From Gammaproteobacteria bacterium (GTDB lineage: Bacteria; Pseudomonadota; Gammaproteobacteria; Eutrophobiales; Eutrophobiaceae): a DNA stretch of 64,000 bases. The DNA lies in NCBI GenBank assembly GCA_965215365.1, contig CBDCDS010000003.1, positions 2,208,001 through 2,272,000 on the forward strand, read 5' to 3'. The position numbers and the translations under genes were made by a program. How positions within the stretch are numbered: position 1 is the first letter of the stretch; each line of letters starts with the position of its first letter. Of this stretch, positions 19,044 through 31,737 are shown one piece after another. The notes under the pieces are model-generated. The model ran no database searches and was not told where the DNA came from. It saw only the letters and a program-made list of their open reading frames with translations.

Positions 19044-20393
19044 CTATACACGCCGCCGCCCATGGCTCTTCAAATTAGCTTTTTTTAACGCCCCCTCATA
19101 CTGGTGCGACATGAGATGCGCCTGGATTTGCGCCATGAAATCCATGACAACCACTACGATAATCAACAATGACGTACCGCCGAAATAAAACGGCACGTTG
19201 TATTGCAGGATCAGGAACTCGGGCAACAGACATACAAACGTAATGTAAATAGCGCCCACCATAGTCAGTTTCGTCAGCACCCCATCCAGATAGCGGGCAG
19301 TCTGCTCTCCCGGTCGCATCCCGGGGATAAAGGCGCCCGATTTTTTCAGGTTGTCCGCAGTTTCCCTGGGGTCGAACACAACGGCGGTATAGAAAAAACA
19401 AAAGAAAATAATACCCGCCGCATAAAACGCGACATAGATGGGCTGGCCGGGTTGCAGCAGCACGGCCAGATCCTGCAGCCAGCGCATTTGCTGGGACTGG
19501 CCGGCCCAGCTTGCCAGTGTTCCCGGAAACAGGATCAGGCTGGAGGCAAATATCGGGGGGATGACGCCGGCCATATTCAATTTCAGGGGCAGGTGGCTGG
19601 ACTGGCCGGCATACATCTTCCGACCCACCTGACGCTGGGCATAGTTGACCGTGATGCGGCGCTGCCCTCGTTCTACGAAGACCACGAAGCCCGTCACGGC
19701 AACGGCCAGGGCAAACAAGGTAAATACCATGATCAAATGTAATTCTCCGGTACGGGACAACTCCAGGGTGCCGCCGATAGCAGCCGGCAAGCCGGCGACA
19801 ATACCGGCAAAAATAATCAGCGAGATGCCGTTACCCACGCCGCGTTCGGTGATTTGTTCACCCAGCCACATCAAAAACATAGTACCGGTTACCAGCGTAG
19901 TGACCGCAGTGATACGGAAACCGATGCCGGGGTCAAGCACCACCGAGCCGCCCAATACCTGCTGTCCTTCCAGCGCCAGCGACACGCCCAGAGCCTGAAA
20001 GGTGGCCAGCAGCACCGTGCCGTAACGGGTATATTGGGTGATCTTGCGTCGTCCCGCTTCACCTTCCCGCCGCAACTGTTTCAGACGCGGGTCAACAAAT
20101 GACAGTATCTGCATGATAATGGAGGCGGAAATGTAAGGCATGATGCCAAGCGCGACCACCGACAGGCGTTCCAGCGCGCCCCCGGAGAACATGTTGAACA
20201 TGTCCAGGATGGTGCCGCGTTGCTGCTCGAACAACTGTGCCAACGCATCCGGATTGATTCCCGGTACGGGAATGAAGGTACAGATACGGTAAACAAACAG
20301 GGCAAACAGCACAAACAGCAGGCGCCGGCGTAATTCCGTCACCTGGGTCAGTCCAGCCAGACCGCCCGGCACAGCAGGGTTTCTTGCCGCCAT
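19044..20393 (-). CDS. secY: Preprotein translocase SecY
   Basis: [12 protein letters not shown]; [10 protein letters not shown]. Confidence 0.98.
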   Translation of the reverse strand: MAARNPAVPGGLAGLTQVTELRRRLLFVLFALFVYRICTFIPVPGINPDALAQLFEQQRGTILDMFNMFSGGALERLSVVALGIMPYISASIIMQILSFVDPRLKQLRREGEAGRRKITQYTRYGTVLLATFQALGVSLALEGQQVLGGSVVLDPGIGFRITAVTTLVTGTMFLMWLGEQITERGVGNGISLIIFAGIVAGLPAAIGGTLELSRTGELHLIMVFTLFALAVAVTGFVVFVERGQRRITVNYAQRQVGRKMYAGQSSHLPLKLNMAGVIPPIFASSLILFPGTLASWAGQSQQMRWLQDLAVLLQPGQPIYVAFYAAGIIFFCFFYTAVVFDPRETADNLKKSGAFIPGMRPGEQTARYLDGVLTKLTMVGAIYITFVCLLPEFLILQYNVPFYFGGTSLLIIVVVVMDFMAQIQAHLMSHQYEGALKKANLKSHGRRRV

Positions 20394-20404
20394 ACGTCAG
20401 CCCC

Positions 20405-20839
20405 CTACTGCTCGAACTTGCCGCCAGCCGACTCAATGGCAGCTCGCGCCCCTTTCGTTGCTCGCAGTCCCTTCACAGTCACCGCCCTGGCGATAGTTCC
20501 GCTGGCGATAATTTTGACCCGTTTTATTTTTTTTGAGATCAGACCGGCTTGCTGCAATACTTTCAAGTCGATAACGTCGGCAGCGACCTTTGCCAGCTCA
20601 TCCAGACGGACTTCATCGGTGACCCGGGCCAGGCAGGAGCGGAAACCCACCTTGGGCAGGCGGCGCTGCAAGGGCATCTGTCCGCCCTCGAAACCCACCT
20701 TGTGATAGCCGCCGGAGCGGGATTTCTGTCCCTTATGGCCGCGACCTGCGGTCTTGCCGTGTCCGGAACCGATACCGCGACCGACCCGTTTGGCTGCACG
20801 CCTGGCACCCTCGGCCGGCTTAATTGAGTTAAGTCTCAT
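20405..20839 (-). CDS. rplO: 50S ribosomal protein L15
   Basis: [21 protein letters not shown]. Confidence 0.97.
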   Translation of the reverse strand: MRLNSIKPAEGARRAAKRVGRGIGSGHGKTAGRGHKGQKSRSGGYHKVGFEGGQMPLQRRLPKVGFRSCLARVTDEVRLDELAKVAADVIDLKVLQQAGLISKKIKRVKIIASGTIARAVTVKGLRATKGARAAIESAGGKFEQ

Positions 20840-20840
20840 C

Positions 20841-21032
20841 TCAGGTTTCATCCACTGCCAGCAAATAGGCTACCTTGTTAATCATGCCACGGTTTTCCGC
20901 GGTGTCTGCAACCAGCACCGAATGACCGATACGGCGCAGCCCCAGCCCCGCCACACAGGCCTTGTGCTGTGCAGTCCTGCGGTTGATACTGCGTTTGAGT
21001 GTCACTTTGAGCTGTTTCTTTGCTGCTGCCAT
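20841..21032 (-). CDS. rpmD: 50S ribosomal protein L30
   Basis: LKVTLKRS...GLGLRRI...RGMINKV. Confidence 0.96.
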   Translation of the reverse strand: MAAAKKQLKVTLKRSINRRTAQHKACVAGLGLRRIGHSVLVADTAENRGMINKVAYLLAVDET

Positions 21033-21071
21033 CGTTACCATCCGTACCGTTATCTCACCATACCACCGCGC

Positions 21072-21578
21072 TCAGGTGCTGATTTCCTCAACCGATTTGC
21101 CGCGCTTTGCCGCAAAGTATTCAGGGGCGGCGATTGATTGCAGACCTTTCATGGTCGAACGCACCACGTTAATCGGATTGGTCGAACCGGTGCATTTGGC
21201 CAGTACGTTCTGCACGCCGGCACATTCAAATACCGCCCGCATGGCACCGCCGGCGATAATGCCAGTGCCCTCGGAAGCAGGCTGCATATAGACCTGAGCC
21301 GCGCCGTGTCTTGCCGTTACCGCATAGTGCAGGGTATCGCCCTTAAGCGGCACGCTAACCATATTCCGGCGCGCTTTTTCCATCGCCTTCTGTATTGCCA
21401 CAGGCACTTCACGCGCCTTGCCGCGCCCGAAACCGACTTTGCCATTACCATCACCGACGACGGTCAGCGCGGTGAAACCAAAAATACGCCCCCCCTTAAC
21501 GACCTTGGCCACCCGGTTGACTGCAACCAGTTTTTCCAGTAAGTCTTCGTTACCGGTAATTGAATCTGTTAATGCCAT
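21072..21578 (-). CDS. rpsE: 30S ribosomal protein S5
   Basis: [16 protein letters not shown]. Confidence 0.98.
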   Translation of the reverse strand: MALTDSITGNEDLLEKLVAVNRVAKVVKGGRIFGFTALTVVGDGNGKVGFGRGKAREVPVAIQKAMEKARRNMVSVPLKGDTLHYAVTARHGAAQVYMQPASEGTGIIAGGAMRAVFECAGVQNVLAKCTGSTNPINVVRSTMKGLQSIAAPEYFAAKRGKSVEEIST

Positions 21579-21650
21579 ATTGCTTTTGTCTCCTCGCGGC
21601 CCGGACCCGGCTCCATAGTTGAGACGGGGACGAACTTGTTCAGAGCCTCA

Positions 21651-22004
21651 CTAAAATTTCATACCCTGCGCCCTGGCTGCATCCGCCAGCGCTTTTATTC
21701 TGCCGTGGAACCTGAACCCGGAACGGTCAAAGGCAACGGTGGAAATACCGGCCTTCAGGGCGCGTTCGGCCACCACCTGGCCTACTATCCCGGCGGCTTC
21801 CTTATTGCCGCCGTTGTTAATCCTGCCGCGTACTTCCTTGTCGAGAGTGGAGGCACTGGCCAGCACTTGCGCGCCACCGGCGGCGATGACCTGCGCATAA
21901 ATGTGCCGTGGAGTACGGAATACGCACAAGCGACTGACGCCCTGTGCCCTGATGCGCATGCGGGCTTTAACTGCCCTTCTCAATCTTGCGGTCTTCTTTT
22001 TCAT
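21651..22004 (-). CDS. rplR: 50S ribosomal protein L18
   Basis: HIYAQVI...[16 protein letters not shown]. Confidence 0.97.
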   Translation of the reverse strand: MKKKTARLRRAVKARMRIRAQGVSRLCVFRTPRHIYAQVIAAGGAQVLASASTLDKEVRGRINNGGNKEAAGIVGQVVAERALKAGISTVAFDRSGFRFHGRIKALADAARAQGMKF

Positions 22005-22018
22005 GGCAATCAACCCGG

Positions 22019-22552
22019 TCAGGCTTTCTTCGCTTCCTTACGCAGGACTTGTTCATCGGCATAGCGCACGCCTTTACCTTTGTAGGGTTCGGGCGGCCGG
22101 TAATTACGAATATCGGCGGCCACTTGTCCGACCTGCTGCTTGTCTGCGCCCCTGACAATAATCTGTGTCTGGCTGGGGGTCTCGACGGTAACGCCGTCAG
22201 GAACAGCCAGCTGCACCGGGTGCGAGAAACCCAGCGCCAGCTCGATGCCGGCGGGCTGCGCCTGCGCCCGGTAACCCACCCCGATAATTTCCAGCGTGAT
22301 CTCGAAACCTTCAGACACGCCGGTGACCATATTTTGCAGTATTGCCCTGGTGGTGCCAGCCATCGCCCGGGCCGATTTGGAATTATTCCTTGCCGAGAAC
22401 CTGAGTAACTCGCCGTCCCGGTCCATACTCACCAACGCATGGAGCTGATGCGTCAGTTCGCCTTTGCCCCCCTTAACCTGAACCTGCGCGCCGCGCACAT
22501 CAACCTCGACGCCGCCGGGAACAGTGACCGGATTGTTGGCTATTCTCGACAT
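22019..22552 (-). CDS. rplF: 50S ribosomal protein L6
   Basis: MSRIANNPV...[11 protein letters not shown]. Confidence 0.98.
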   Translation of the reverse strand: MSRIANNPVTVPGGVEVDVRGAQVQVKGGKGELTHQLHALVSMDRDGELLRFSARNNSKSARAMAGTTRAILQNMVTGVSEGFEITLEIIGVGYRAQAQPAGIELALGFSHPVQLAVPDGVTVETPSQTQIIVRGADKQQVGQVAADIRNYRPPEPYKGKGVRYADEQVLRKEAKKA

Positions 22553-22570
22553 AACTTGTTCCGCCCTGCC

Positions 22571-22966
22571 CTACGCCACAATACAAATAATCTCGCCGCC
22601 AATGCCAAGTTGTCTGGCGCTGCGATCGGTCATGACACCCCTGGAAGTAGAGACGATGGCTGTGCCCAGCCCGCCATATACCCGAGGTAATTTGTTGGTC
22701 GGGCTGTAGCGGCGCAGTCCGGGTGAACTGATACGCTTTAGCAACTCAATAACCGGCTTGCCTTCAAAATACTTCAACCTGATAGTCAACACCGGCTTCA
22801 CCTTGTCTTCACTGACACTGTAGTCTTTGATATAACCTTCCTGCTGAAGGATTTCAGCCACTGCGATTTTCAACTTCGATGAAGGCATACCGACTTCCTG
22901 CTTCATTCGTTGCTGGCCGTTGCGAACCCGTGTCAGCATGTCCGCGATTTGATCTTGTAAACTCAT
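22571..22966 (-). CDS. rpsH: 30S ribosomal protein S8
   Basis: [10 protein letters not shown]...STSRGVMTD. Confidence 0.98.
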   Translation of the reverse strand: MSLQDQIADMLTRVRNGQQRMKQEVGMPSSKLKIAVAEILQQEGYIKDYSVSEDKVKPVLTIRLKYFEGKPVIELLKRISSPGLRRYSPTNKLPRVYGGLGTAIVSTSRGVMTDRSARQLGIGGEIICIVA

Positions 22967-23006
22967 ATTACTCTTGCTCGTAACTCTTGCTCATAATGCG
23001 CGCCGT

Positions 23007-23312
23007 TCACCAACTCGCCTTGACCAGGCCCGGTATGTCTCCGCGCATGGCCGCCTCGCGCAACTTGTTCCGGCCCAGGCCAAACTTCCGGTAGTAGCCA
23101 TTCGGTCGCCCGGTCTGGCTGCACCGATTCCGCAGCCGCGACGGGCTGGAATCTCTGGGCATCTTGTTCAATTTAATCCGCGCCTCTTTACGCACTTCCG
23201 GGGCTAACGACATGTCTTTGATAATACGTCTTAATTCATCCCGTTTGTCAGCATATTTTGCAACTAGCCGCGCCCTTTTCCGCTCCCGGTTTACCATTGA
23301 TTGCTTTGCCAT
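23007..23312 (-). CDS. rpsN: 30S ribosomal protein S14
   Basis: [10 protein letters not shown]...PGLVKASW. Confidence 0.98.
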   Translation of the reverse strand: MAKQSMVNRERKRARLVAKYADKRDELRRIIKDMSLAPEVRKEARIKLNKMPRDSSPSRLRNRCSQTGRPNGYYRKFGLGRNKLREAAMRGDIPGLVKASW

Positions 23313-23327
23313 AACTGTTGTTCTCCG

Positions 23328-23867
23328 TTACCCGCGCAGCGGAAAATTGAAGGACTGCAATAACGCTTTTGCTTCTTCATCCGTTTTTGCCGAGGTCGTG
23401 ATTGTTACGTCAAGACCACGTAACGTGTCGATTTTATCGTAGTCGATTTCGGGAAAAATAATCTGTTCCTTAATCCCCATGCTGTAATTGCCGCGCCCGT
23501 CAAATGAACGCGGATTAAGGCCGCGAAAATCCCTGATCCTGGGAATTGCAATACTGATCAACCGATCTAGGAACTCATACATGCGTTCACGTCGCAGGGT
23601 CACCATACAGCCATTGGGAAAGCCCTTCCTGACCTTGAAGTTCGCCACAGATTTTCTGGCCTTGATCAGGATCGGTTTCTGACCGGCGATGCGGGCCATA
23701 TCATCCAGCGCGTGTTCTATCATTTTCTTATCGGACATGGCCTTGCCCAGCCCCATGTTCAAGGTAATTTTAGTGACCTTCGGCGCCTGCATCACCGATT
23801 GGTAGCTGAACTTTTCCATCAGTTGCGGCAGCACCGCAGTCCGGTAATGTTCCTGTAATCTGGCCAT
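23328..23867 (-). CDS. rplE: 50S ribosomal protein L5
   Basis: PRIRDFRG...[10 protein letters not shown]. Confidence 0.98.
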   Translation of the reverse strand: MARLQEHYRTAVLPQLMEKFSYQSVMQAPKVTKITLNMGLGKAMSDKKMIEHALDDMARIAGQKPILIKARKSVANFKVRKGFPNGCMVTLRRERMYEFLDRLISIAIPRIRDFRGLNPRSFDGRGNYSMGIKEQIIFPEIDYDKIDTLRGLDVTITTSAKTDEEAKALLQSFNFPLRG

Positions 23868-24187
23868 CAGACATCAACCACTTCGTTATTGGATTTGAAA
23901 TAACGCACCTTGCGACCGTCTTCCAGAAAGCGAAAGCCGACGCGATCCGGCCTGTTGGCCACGGAATTCCACAGTGCCACGTTGGAAATTGCAAACGGCA
24001 TCTCCTTCTCGATGATCCCGCCGGGCGTTCCCCGCATGGGATTGCCCTTGGTGTGGCGCTTGACCATATTGATATTTTCCACCATCACCTTGTGCTTTTC
24101 CCGATCGATTTTCAGCACTACGCCGCGCTTGCCTTTATCCTTGCCGGCAATCACTACGACTTCGTCACCTTTGCGTATCCTGTTCAT
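23867..24187 (-). CDS. rplX: 50S ribosomal protein L24
   Basis: [20 protein letters not shown] motif. Confidence 0.98.
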   Translation of the reverse strand: MNRIRKGDEVVVIAGKDKGKRGVVLKIDREKHKVMVENINMVKRHTKGNPMRGTPGGIIEKEMPFAISNVALWNSVANRPDRVGFRFLEDGRKVRYFKSNNEVVDV

Positions 24188-24201
24188 AAGCGGCGCCGCG
24201 G

Positions 24202-24570
24202 CTACAGCACCTCGGGAGCAAGAGAGACTATTTTCATAAAATTCTCGCTCCTGAGTTCACGGGTAACCGGACCGAAGATGCGGGTACCGATGGGTTGTAA
24301 CTGGTTATTGAGCAACACTGCGGCGTTGCCGTCGAAGCGAATCAGGGAACCGTCCGACCGCCTCACTCCCTTTCTGGTGCGCACTACCACTGCGTTGTAA
24401 AGCTCGCCTTTTTTGACCTTGCTTCTGGGAATAGCTTCCTTGACACTGACTTTTATCACGTCGCCAATCCTCGCATAGCGTCGCTTCGAACCACCCAGGA
24501 CTTTCACACACAAGAGACGCCGCGCGCCACTGTTGTCTGCGGCACCCAACACTGTCTGCATCTGTATCAT
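24202..24570 (-). CDS. rplN: 50S ribosomal protein L14
   Basis: MIQMQT..AADNSGA...SLAPEVL. Confidence 0.98.
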   Translation of the reverse strand: MIQMQTVLGAADNSGARRLLCVKVLGGSKRRYARIGDVIKVSVKEAIPRSKVKKGELYNAVVVRTRKGVRRSDGSLIRFDGNAAVLLNNQLQPIGTRIFGPVTRELRSENFMKIVSLAPEVL

Positions 24571-24592
24571 GATTCTGCTCTGGACGCTCTGT

Positions 24593-24859
24593 TCACACGT
24601 TCTGGGCTTTGCTGACAACACTGTGCAAGCGCCAGGCCTTATTCTTTGAAACAGGCCGGGATGCTTCGATAATCACCGTATCGCCTATGTTGCACTCGTT
24701 GTTTTCATCATGGGCAAGCAACCTGGTGGTGCGCCGGATATATTTTCCGTACAGCGGATGCTTTACGGTGCGCTGGATTGTGACCGCAATCGACTTGTCC
24801 ATCTTGTTGCTCACCACGGTCCCGGTCAGGGACCTGACTGTTTTGGCAGATTCACCCAT
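24593..24859 (-). CDS. rpsQ: 30S ribosomal protein S17
   Basis: [12 protein letters not shown]...KHPLYGK. Confidence 0.98.
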   Translation of the reverse strand: MGESAKTVRSLTGTVVSNKMDKSIAVTIQRTVKHPLYGKYIRRTTRLLAHDENNECNIGDTVIIEASRPVSKNKAWRLHSVVSKAQNV

Positions 24860-25049
24860 CTTGTTTCGCCTTCTCGCTTAGTACCGTCTTAATCCTGGCA
24901 ATTTCCCGACGCAGCAGCTTGAAGCGACCGGGGTTGCCAAGCTGGCCGGAGCCTTTCTGCATACGCAGGTTGAACTGCTCGCGCAGCAACTCCAGCAGCA
25001 GTGCCTGCAGCTCAGCGGGTTTTCTGGCTCTCAGTTCCGCGGCCTTCAT
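24852..25049 (-). CDS. rpmC: 50S ribosomal protein L29
   Basis: [11 protein letters not shown]...RREIARIKT. Confidence 0.97.
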   Translation of the reverse strand: MKAAELRARKPAELQALLLELLREQFNLRMQKGSGQLGNPGRFKLLRREIARIKTVLSEKAKQDG

Positions 25050-25462
25050 CACAAAATCGTCCTGCCCACGAATACGGTCTTGACCGGCAATTTTGCCGCA
25101 GCCAGCCTGAATGCGTCGCGCGCCAGATCTTCCGCCACTCCTTCAATTTCGTACAACATTTTGCCCGGCTGGATCACGGAGACCCAGTACTCGACATTGC
25201 CCTTACCTTTGCCCTGCCGCACTTCCAGCGGCTTCGTGGTAATGGGCTTGTCGGGAAAAATGCGGATCCAGACCTTGCCGCCGCGCTTGATCTTGCGGGT
25301 GATCGTCCTGCGGGCGGCTTCTATCTGACGTGCGGTAATGCGCCCCCGGGTTGTGGCCTTCAAGCCGAACTCGCCGAAACTGACTTTGTTGCCGTTATTG
25401 GCCAGCCCGCGATTCCTGCCCTTGCTCTGCTTCCTGAATTTGGTTCGTTTCGGTTGCAACAT
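25049..25462 (-). CDS. rplP: 50S ribosomal protein L16
   Basis: [11 protein letters not shown]. Confidence 0.98.
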   Translation of the reverse strand: MLQPKRTKFRKQSKGRNRGLANNGNKVSFGEFGLKATTRGRITARQIEAARRTITRKIKRGGKVWIRIFPDKPITTKPLEVRQGKGKGNVEYWVSVIQPGKMLYEIEGVAEDLARDAFRLAAAKLPVKTVFVGRTIL

Positions 25463-25466
25463 CGGC

Positions 25467-26138
25467 TTATGCTCCGCTCACTGGCGCCTCGTCCTCAGTC
25501 CGCTCATTGACATTAAACACCTCGCCCTTGAAGATCCAGACTTTCACGCCGATAACACCGTAAGTTGTATTCGAGTTGGCCGTGCCATAATCGATGTCCG
25601 CGCGCAAGGTATGCAAGGGCACCCGGCCTTCCCGATACCATTCGGAGCGGGCAATCTCAGCGCCGTTCAAACGACCGCTGACATGGATTTTTATACCCAA
25701 AGCACCGAGGCGCATGGTATTGGTTACCGCCCGCTTCATGGCGCGCCGGAACATAATTTTGCGTTCAATTTGCTGGGCCACGCTTTCCGCCACCAGATTT
25801 GCGTCAAGCTCGGGCTTTCTGATTTCCTGCACGCTGACCTTGGCCCTAATGCCCATCATGCCAGAAACTTCCTGACTCAGACGTTCGATGTCCTCGCCTT
25901 TCTTACCAATAACAATACCTGGTCTGGCACTGTGGATGATGACCTTTATTTCGTTTGGCGGACGCTCAATCTGGATCCGGCTGACCGAGGCATTGGCCAG
26001 CTTTTTTCTCAGAAATTCACGCACTTTCAGGTCCGTATTCAAATATTCGGCATAGTGTTTGGTATCGGCATACCAGGTTGAGGTCCAATCCTTGATGATA
26101 CCGATACGTATCCCCGTCGGATGTACTTTCTGTCCCAT
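25467..26138 (-). CDS. rpsC: 30S ribosomal protein S3
   Basis: [11 protein letters not shown]...[13 protein letters not shown]. Confidence 0.98.
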   Translation of the reverse strand: MGQKVHPTGIRIGIIKDWTSTWYADTKHYAEYLNTDLKVREFLRKKLANASVSRIQIERPPNEIKVIIHSARPGIVIGKKGEDIERLSQEVSGMMGIRAKVSVQEIRKPELDANLVAESVAQQIERKIMFRRAMKRAVTNTMRLGALGIKIHVSGRLNGAEIARSEWYREGRVPLHTLRADIDYGTANSNTTYGVIGVKVWIFKGEVFNVNERTEDEAPVSGA

Positions 26139-26144
26139 GGTGTA

Positions 26145-26480
26145 TTACTCTGTGGTCTCTGTGACCGTGATGTTCAGGTGGCAGGTGCGTTTGAAAATCC
26201 GGTCGGCGCGCCCCCGGGCCCGGGTACGTAAGCGTTTATGCTTGGGCCCCTGATCCACGGTGATGGCACTGATTTTCAGCTCGTCTATATCGGCAGCGTC
26301 GTTGTGCTCGGCGTTTGCTATCGCCGATTCCAGTACTTTTTTGACGATACCGGCAGCCTTTTTGTTGCTGTAAGTCAGAATGTTTATGGCGCGCTCCACC
26401 GGCAACCCACGCACCTGGTCGGCAACCAGTCGCACTTTCTGGGGTGCCATACGCACATATTTAAGACACGCGGTGGTCAT
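26145..26480 (-). CDS. rplV: 50S ribosomal protein L22
   Basis: [13 protein letters not shown]...RARGRA. Confidence 0.98.
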   Translation of the reverse strand: MTTACLKYVRMAPQKVRLVADQVRGLPVERAINILTYSNKKAAGIVKKVLESAIANAEHNDAADIDELKISAITVDQGPKHKRLRTRARGRADRIFKRTCHLNITVTETTE

Positions 26481-26489
26481 ATCACACTG

Positions 26490-26765
26490 TTACTTCGAGG
26501 TCTTTTTATCTGCGGAATGACCGCGGAAGGTGCGGGTCATGGCAAACTCGCCCAATTTGTGCCCGACCATGTTCTCGGTAATAAACACCGGCACGTGGTC
26601 GCGGCCGTTATGTACCGATAGGGTCAAGCCAACCATATCCGGTACGATCATGGACCTTCTCGACCAGGTCTTGATCGGGCGCTTGTCATTATTCTGACGC
26701 GCGGTTTCGACCTTTTTCAGCAAGTGATGGTCTATGAACGGGCCTTTTTTAATCGAACGCGGCAT
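26490..26765 (-). CDS. rpsS: 30S ribosomal protein S19
   Basis: [10 protein letters not shown]...GHKLGEFA. Confidence 0.98.
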   Translation of the reverse strand: MPRSIKKGPFIDHHLLKKVETARQNNDKRPIKTWSRRSMIVPDMVGLTLSVHNGRDHVPVFITENMVGHKLGEFAMTRTFRGHSADKKTSK

Positions 26766-27589
26766 CAGTTTTTCCGTTTGCGAATAATCATGTTGTCGGT
26801 ACGCTTGTTCTTCCTGGTTTTGTAACCCTTGGTCGGATAACCCCAAGGGGTGGATGGATGTCGCCCGCCTGAGGAACGCCCTTCGCCACCGCCATGGGGA
26901 TGATCGACCGGATTCATGGCCACCCCACGCACCGTAGGCCGGACCCCGCGCCAGCGCTTGGCGCCGGCCTTGCCCAGTTTTTGCAACGAGTGTTCAACGT
27001 TGCTCACCTCACCGATGGTGGCGCGGCAATCCAACGGCACCTTTCTCATTTCACCCGAACGCAAACGCAAGGTGGCATGGGCGCCTTCGCGCGCCACCAG
27101 TTGCACACCGGTGCCGGCACTACGAGCCAACTGCGCGCCCTTGCCCGGCTTGAATTCTACACAATGGACGATTGTTCCTACGGGAATATTGCGCAACGCC
27201 AAGCAGTTCCCAGGCGCAATCTCGGCGCGCGTCCCGGACATCAAACGGGCGCCGGCCTTGACGCCGGCCGGGGCAATGATATAGCGGCGCTCGCCGTCCT
27301 CGTAACACAGCAGGGCTATGTGGGCGGTGCGATTCGGATCGTACTCAAGCCGCTCCACCCGGGCCTGTATCCCATCCTTGTCCCGCTTGAAATCAATAAT
27401 GCGGTAGCGCTGTTTGGCGCCGCCGCCCCTATGTCTTACGGTAATCCTGCCGCGATTGTTGCGCCCCGCATTTTGTCCCTGCTTTTCCACCAGCGGGTTG
27501 TGCGGACCGCCTTTGTGCAAGTCCGGGCTGACTACCTTGACCATGCCCCGGCGACCGGGCGAGGTGGGTTTTGGTTTAATCAAAGGCAT
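26765..27589 (-). CDS. rplB: 50S ribosomal protein L2
   Basis: [10 protein letters not shown]; [14 protein letters not shown]. Confidence 0.98.
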   Translation of the reverse strand: MPLIKPKPTSPGRRGMVKVVSPDLHKGGPHNPLVEKQGQNAGRNNRGRITVRHRGGGAKQRYRIIDFKRDKDGIQARVERLEYDPNRTAHIALLCYEDGERRYIIAPAGVKAGARLMSGTRAEIAPGNCLALRNIPVGTIVHCVEFKPGKGAQLARSAGTGVQLVAREGAHATLRLRSGEMRKVPLDCRATIGEVSNVEHSLQKLGKAGAKRWRGVRPTVRGVAMNPVDHPHGGGEGRSSGGRHPSTPWGYPTKGYKTRKNKRTDNMIIRKRKN

Positions 27590-27602
27590 CTGTTCAGGTT
27601 CC

Positions 27603-27896
27603 TCAAGCACCACCGAAATCAATATCAAAGCCGGGTTTCAGCTTCACGTAGGCCTTCTTCCAATCCGAACGTTTGCCCGGGGCGCGCCGGAACATCTTGT
27701 TCTTGCCAGGCACATTCAGCACTTGCACCGACTCAACCTCGACTTCAAACATTTTCTCCACCGCTTGCCTGATCTCAGGCTTGCTGGCATCGCGCACCAC
27801 CTTAAACACGAACTGGCGGTGCTGGTCGGCGGCCGCTGTGCTTTTTTCCGTCACCCGCGGTGCCAGCAACACTTTCGCTAACTTCTCGTCATTCAT
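27603..27896 (-). CDS. rplW: 50S ribosomal protein L23
   Basis: PRVTEKS...WKKAYVKL. Confidence 0.98.
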   Translation of the reverse strand: MNDEKLAKVLLAPRVTEKSTAAADQHRQFVFKVVRDASKPEIRQAVEKMFEVEVESVQVLNVPGKNKMFRRAPGKRSDWKKAYVKLKPGFDIDFGGA

Positions 27897-28578
27897 CGTC
27901 CGCTCGCTCCGGTTCTGCCGCGGGTGTCGCTACGGCTTCATCCGCTTTGTCTGCGGTGCCGCGACCTAGCCACTGCTGCACGTGTACCAACGCGTCCGCA
28001 GTGATCAGTACCCGGTCAAAGCCAACCAGCGAATAGGGCTCAATCTCCCGGGTATTGATAACAGCCACTCGCGTCAGGTTGCGCGTCGCCAGACGCAACT
28101 CGTCGCTGATGGTATCGGTAATAATCAATACTTCTTCAAGCCCAAGCCCTGCCAGCAACTGCAACGCGACTTTTGTCTTCGCCTCGCCGACAGTCAACTG
28201 ATCGATACACAACAACCGTTCCTGACGCACTAACTCCGAGAAAATCGAGCGCAGCGCGCCGCGATACATCTTCTTGTTTATTTTTCTAACAAACGTGCGC
28301 TCATTGTTCGGGAACGTCACGCCGCCGCCACGCCACAGCGGGCCGCGGGTGGTGCCGGCGCGGGCGCGCCCTAAGCCTTTTTGACGCCAGGGTTTTTTGC
28401 CGCCGCCGCGCACCGCGGCGCGGTTTTTCAGTAACCGGGATGCGGACCTGCCCGTTGACAGGTAACAGGTCAACACCTGGTGTACCAACGCTTCGTTGTA
28501 CTCCACGGCAAACACCTCGTCGGCAACCGTGACCTGTCCCGCCCGTTTATCCCCGGCTTTATGCAGCGCTAATTCCAC
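27889..28578 (-). CDS. rplD: 50S ribosomal protein L4
   Basis: GGGKKPWRQKGLGRARAG; GTG start; short acidic/Ala-rich C-terminal extension. Confidence 0.97.
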   Translation of the reverse strand: MELALHKAGDKRAGQVTVADEVFAVEYNEALVHQVLTCYLSTGRSASRLLKNRAAVRGGGKKPWRQKGLGRARAGTTRGPLWRGGGVTFPNNERTFVRKINKKMYRGALRSIFSELVRQERLLCIDQLTVGEAKTKVALQLLAGLGLEEVLIITDTISDELRLATRNLTRVAVINTREIEPYSLVGFDRVLITADALVHVQQWLGRGTADKADEAVATPAAEPERADDE

Positions 28579-28594
28579 GGTATAGCTCCAGGGT

Positions 28595-29236
28595 TCAGCT
28601 CGACTTCAACGCCGGCCGGATGATCAGCGTCCCGCCGGCAGCGCCCGGGACGGAACCCTTGACCAGCACCAGATTCCGGTCTGTATCAACCTTGATAACT
28701 TCAAGGTTTTGCGCTGTCTGTGTGACGTTACCCATGTGTCCGGCCATTTTCTTACCCCGGAAAACACGGCCGGGGGACTGATTCTGGCCTATTGAGCCAG
28801 GCGCCCGGTGGGCGCGGGAATTACCATGGCTGTTACGCTGACCGCTGAAATTATGCCGTTTTATGGCACCGGCAAAGCCCTTGCCAATGGTCTTGCCGCT
28901 CACGTCCACCTTCTGTCCGGCTGCGAAGATGCTTACGGTAATTTCCGAACCTGCTGCCAGCTCGCCGAACTCGTTGTCATTGAGCCGAAACTCATGCAGT
29001 CCCTCGGCAGCCTCGACGCCAACCCGGGCCAGCGTCCCCGCCAGTGGCCGGCTGATCAGGTTGCGCCGCTTGCTACCGTAAGCGACCTGCACGGCGCAAT
29101 AGCCACGCTGCTCGGCAGTGGCCAGGGCGGTCACCCGGTTGGGAACGGCTTCAATAACCGTTACCGGCACCGACTGACCGGTGTCGGTGAAGACCCGGGA
29201 CATACCCCGCTTTTTGCCCACAATGCCGATTGCCAT
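28595..29236 (-). CDS. rplC: 50S ribosomal protein L3
   Basis: GKGFAGAIKRHNF...PGRVFRGKKMAGHMG. Confidence 0.98.
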   Translation of the reverse strand: MAIGIVGKKRGMSRVFTDTGQSVPVTVIEAVPNRVTALATAEQRGYCAVQVAYGSKRRNLISRPLAGTLARVGVEAAEGLHEFRLNDNEFGELAAGSEITVSIFAAGQKVDVSGKTIGKGFAGAIKRHNFSGQRNSHGNSRAHRAPGSIGQNQSPGRVFRGKKMAGHMGNVTQTAQNLEVIKVDTDRNLVLVKGSVPGAAGGTLIIRPALKSS

Positions 29237-29265
29237 ACTCTTGCCCCGTTGCCGACCTGCGCGCA

Positions 29266-29580
29266 TCAACTCAGTTTTATCTGGACATCCACACCGGCGG
29301 CCAGATCCAGCTTCATCAACGCATCAACCGTCTTGTCGGTGGGGTTGATAATATCTACCAGACGCTTGTGTGTCCTGATTTCGTATTGATCCCTAGCATC
29401 CTTGTTGACATGGGGAGAGATCAATACCGTGTAGCGTTCTTTTTTGGTCGGCAGCGGAATCGGCCCCTTCACCTGGGCACCGGTACGGCGCGCAGTCTCG
29501 ACGATTTCCCGGGTTGACTGATCAATCAGCCGGTGGTCGAACGCTTTCAACCTTATTCTTATAACCTGTTGTTGTGCCAT
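29266..29580 (-). CDS. rpsJ: 30S ribosomal protein S10
   Basis: [14 protein letters not shown]. Confidence 0.98.
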   Translation of the reverse strand: MAQQQVIRIRLKAFDHRLIDQSTREIVETARRTGAQVKGPIPLPTKKERYTVLISPHVNKDARDQYEIRTHKRLVDIINPTDKTVDALMKLDLAAGVDVQIKLS

Positions 29581-29607
29581 TACTTTATCGCTCTCTACCC
29601 GGGGTTA

Positions 29608-31713
29608 TCAAGATGCTGATTTTTTCGTGATTTCATCCGAGATGCCAGCGGGAACCGGCGTATATCTGGAGAATTCCATGGTGTAGGTGGCGCGCCCCTG
29701 GGTGGCCGACCGCAATGCCGTGGCATAGCCGAACATCTGCTCTAATGGAACTTGCGCCTTGATGATAGTGCCGGCGGGCGAACTGACTGTTTCCGACAAC
29801 ATAGCCCGACGCCGACTCAGGTCACCCGTCACCGAACCCAAGTAGTCTTCCGGCGTTACTACCTCCACCTCCATAAGCGGTTCTAGTAACACCGGGGCGG
29901 CCCGACCGGCACCATCCTTAAAGCCCATGGAGCCGGCTATTTTGAAGGCCATTTCACTTGAGTCAACCTCATGGTAGGAGCCGTCATACAGGGTGACTTT
30001 CACATCCACCACCGGATAGCCGGCTATCACACCGTTCTCCATCTGCTCTTGTATGCCCTTGTCCACAGCCGGGATAAAATCCTTGGGTACTGCGCCGCCG
30101 ACAATTTTGTTGATAAATTCGTAACCGTGGCCAGGCTCCTGCGGTTCGATTTTCAGTATCACGTGACCGTATTGACCGCGACCACCGCTCTGGCGCACGA
30201 ACCTGCCTTCTGCCTTCTCTACCGGCTTGCATATAGTTTCCCGGTAAGCCACCTGAGGCTTGCCGACGTTGGCGTCAACCTTGAACTCCCGTTTCAACCG
30301 ATCGACGATGATTTCCAGATGCAGCTCACCCATGCCGGAGATGATGGTCTGTCCGGATTCATCATCGGTATGCACCTTGAACGAGGGATCCTCCTGGGCC
30401 AGCTTGCCCAGCGCCAGGCCCATTTTCTCCTGGTCGGGCCGGGTTTTCGGTTCGACGGCAATAGAGATGACGGGTTCGGGAAATTCCATTCGCTCCAGAA
30501 TAATGGAGTCATTGGCCGGACACAGGGTATCACCGGTGGTGACGTCCTTAAGTCCCACCGCCGCGGCGATATCACCCGCCCGTACTTCTTTTATTTCTTC
30601 GCGCGAGTTGGCATGCATCTGCAAAATGCGTCCGATACGCTCTTTCTTGCCTTTTATCGGGTTCAGGATCGTATCACCGGATTTCAATATGCCGGAATAG
30701 ACCCGGAAAAAGGTTAAAGACCCGACAAACGGGTCGGTGGCTATCTTGAAGGCCAACGCTGCGAACGGTTCGGTATCGGACGATTGCCGGGTAATTTCGG
30801 TCTCGGCACCGTTGGCGCGCACGCCGGTGACCGCCGGCACATCAACCGGTGCCGGCAGATAGTCGATGACCGCATCTAGCATGCTCTGCACGCCCTTGTT
30901 CTTAAATGCGGAACCGCACAGCACCGGCACTATTTCATTGGCCAAGGTTCTGACCCTGAGACCGCGTTTAATCTCTGCTGCCGTCAAATCACCTTCTTCC
31001 AGGTACTGTTCCATCAATGTATCATCAGCTTCTGCGGCGGCCTCCACCAGCTGCTCACGGGCTTGCTCACAGACCTCCGTCAGCTGCGCCGGAAGGTCTT
31101 CCTCGGTAAAGGTCATGCCCTTGTTCCGGTCGTCCCAGTAAATCGCCTTGAGTCGGAGCAGGTCAACAACCCCCCGGAATTTGTCCTCCGCGCCAATCGG
31201 CAGCTGCAGCGGCACCGGCGTGCTGCCCAGCCGTTCCCGGATCTGGTTGACCACCCTGGCGAAATCCGCCCCGGCGCGATCCATCTTGTTGACAAAGGCC
31301 AGTCTTGGCACCTGATACTTATTGGCCTGGCGCCATACTGTCTCTGACTGCGGCTCGACCCCACCGACGGCGCAAAATACCGCGCAGGCACTGTCCAGCA
31401 CCCGTAGCGAGCGCTCCACCTCAATGGTAAAATCCACATGCCCGGGGGTGTCGATGATATTGATGCGATGTTCCGGGTATTGACCGGCCATACCTTTCCA
31501 GAAACAGGTGGTCGCAGCGGAAGTGATGGTGATGCCGCGCTCCTGCTCCTGTTCCATCCAGTCCATGGTGGCGGCACCATCGTGCACCTCGCCAATCTTG
31601 TGGGAAACGCCGGTGTAATACAGAATACGCTCTGTAGTAGTCGTCTTGCCCGCGTCAATATGGGCCATAATGCCGATATTACGATAACGTTCAATGGGGG
31701 TGCTGCGCGGCAT
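29608..31713 (-). CDS. fusA: Elongation factor G
   Basis: [15 protein letters not shown]; DTPGHVDF; NKMD. Confidence 0.98.
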   Translation of the reverse strand: MPRSTPIERYRNIGIMAHIDAGKTTTTERILYYTGVSHKIGEVHDGAATMDWMEQEQERGITITSAATTCFWKGMAGQYPEHRINIIDTPGHVDFTIEVERSLRVLDSACAVFCAVGGVEPQSETVWRQANKYQVPRLAFVNKMDRAGADFARVVNQIRERLGSTPVPLQLPIGAEDKFRGVVDLLRLKAIYWDDRNKGMTFTEEDLPAQLTEVCEQAREQLVEAAAEADDTLMEQYLEEGDLTAAEIKRGLRVRTLANEIVPVLCGSAFKNKGVQSMLDAVIDYLPAPVDVPAVTGVRANGAETEITRQSSDTEPFAALAFKIATDPFVGSLTFFRVYSGILKSGDTILNPIKGKKERIGRILQMHANSREEIKEVRAGDIAAAVGLKDVTTGDTLCPANDSIILERMEFPEPVISIAVEPKTRPDQEKMGLALGKLAQEDPSFKVHTDDESGQTIISGMGELHLEIIVDRLKREFKVDANVGKPQVAYRETICKPVEKAEGRFVRQSGGRGQYGHVILKIEPQEPGHGYEFINKIVGGAVPKDFIPAVDKGIQEQMENGVIAGYPVVDVKVTLYDGSYHEVDSSEMAFKIAGSMGFKDGAGRAAPVLLEPLMEVEVVTPEDYLGSVTGDLSRRRAMLSETVSSPAGTIIKAQVPLEQMFGYATALRSATQGRATYTMEFSRYTPVPAGISDEITKKSAS

Positions 31714-31737
31714 GACTGAATAACTCCTTCCCCGTTG

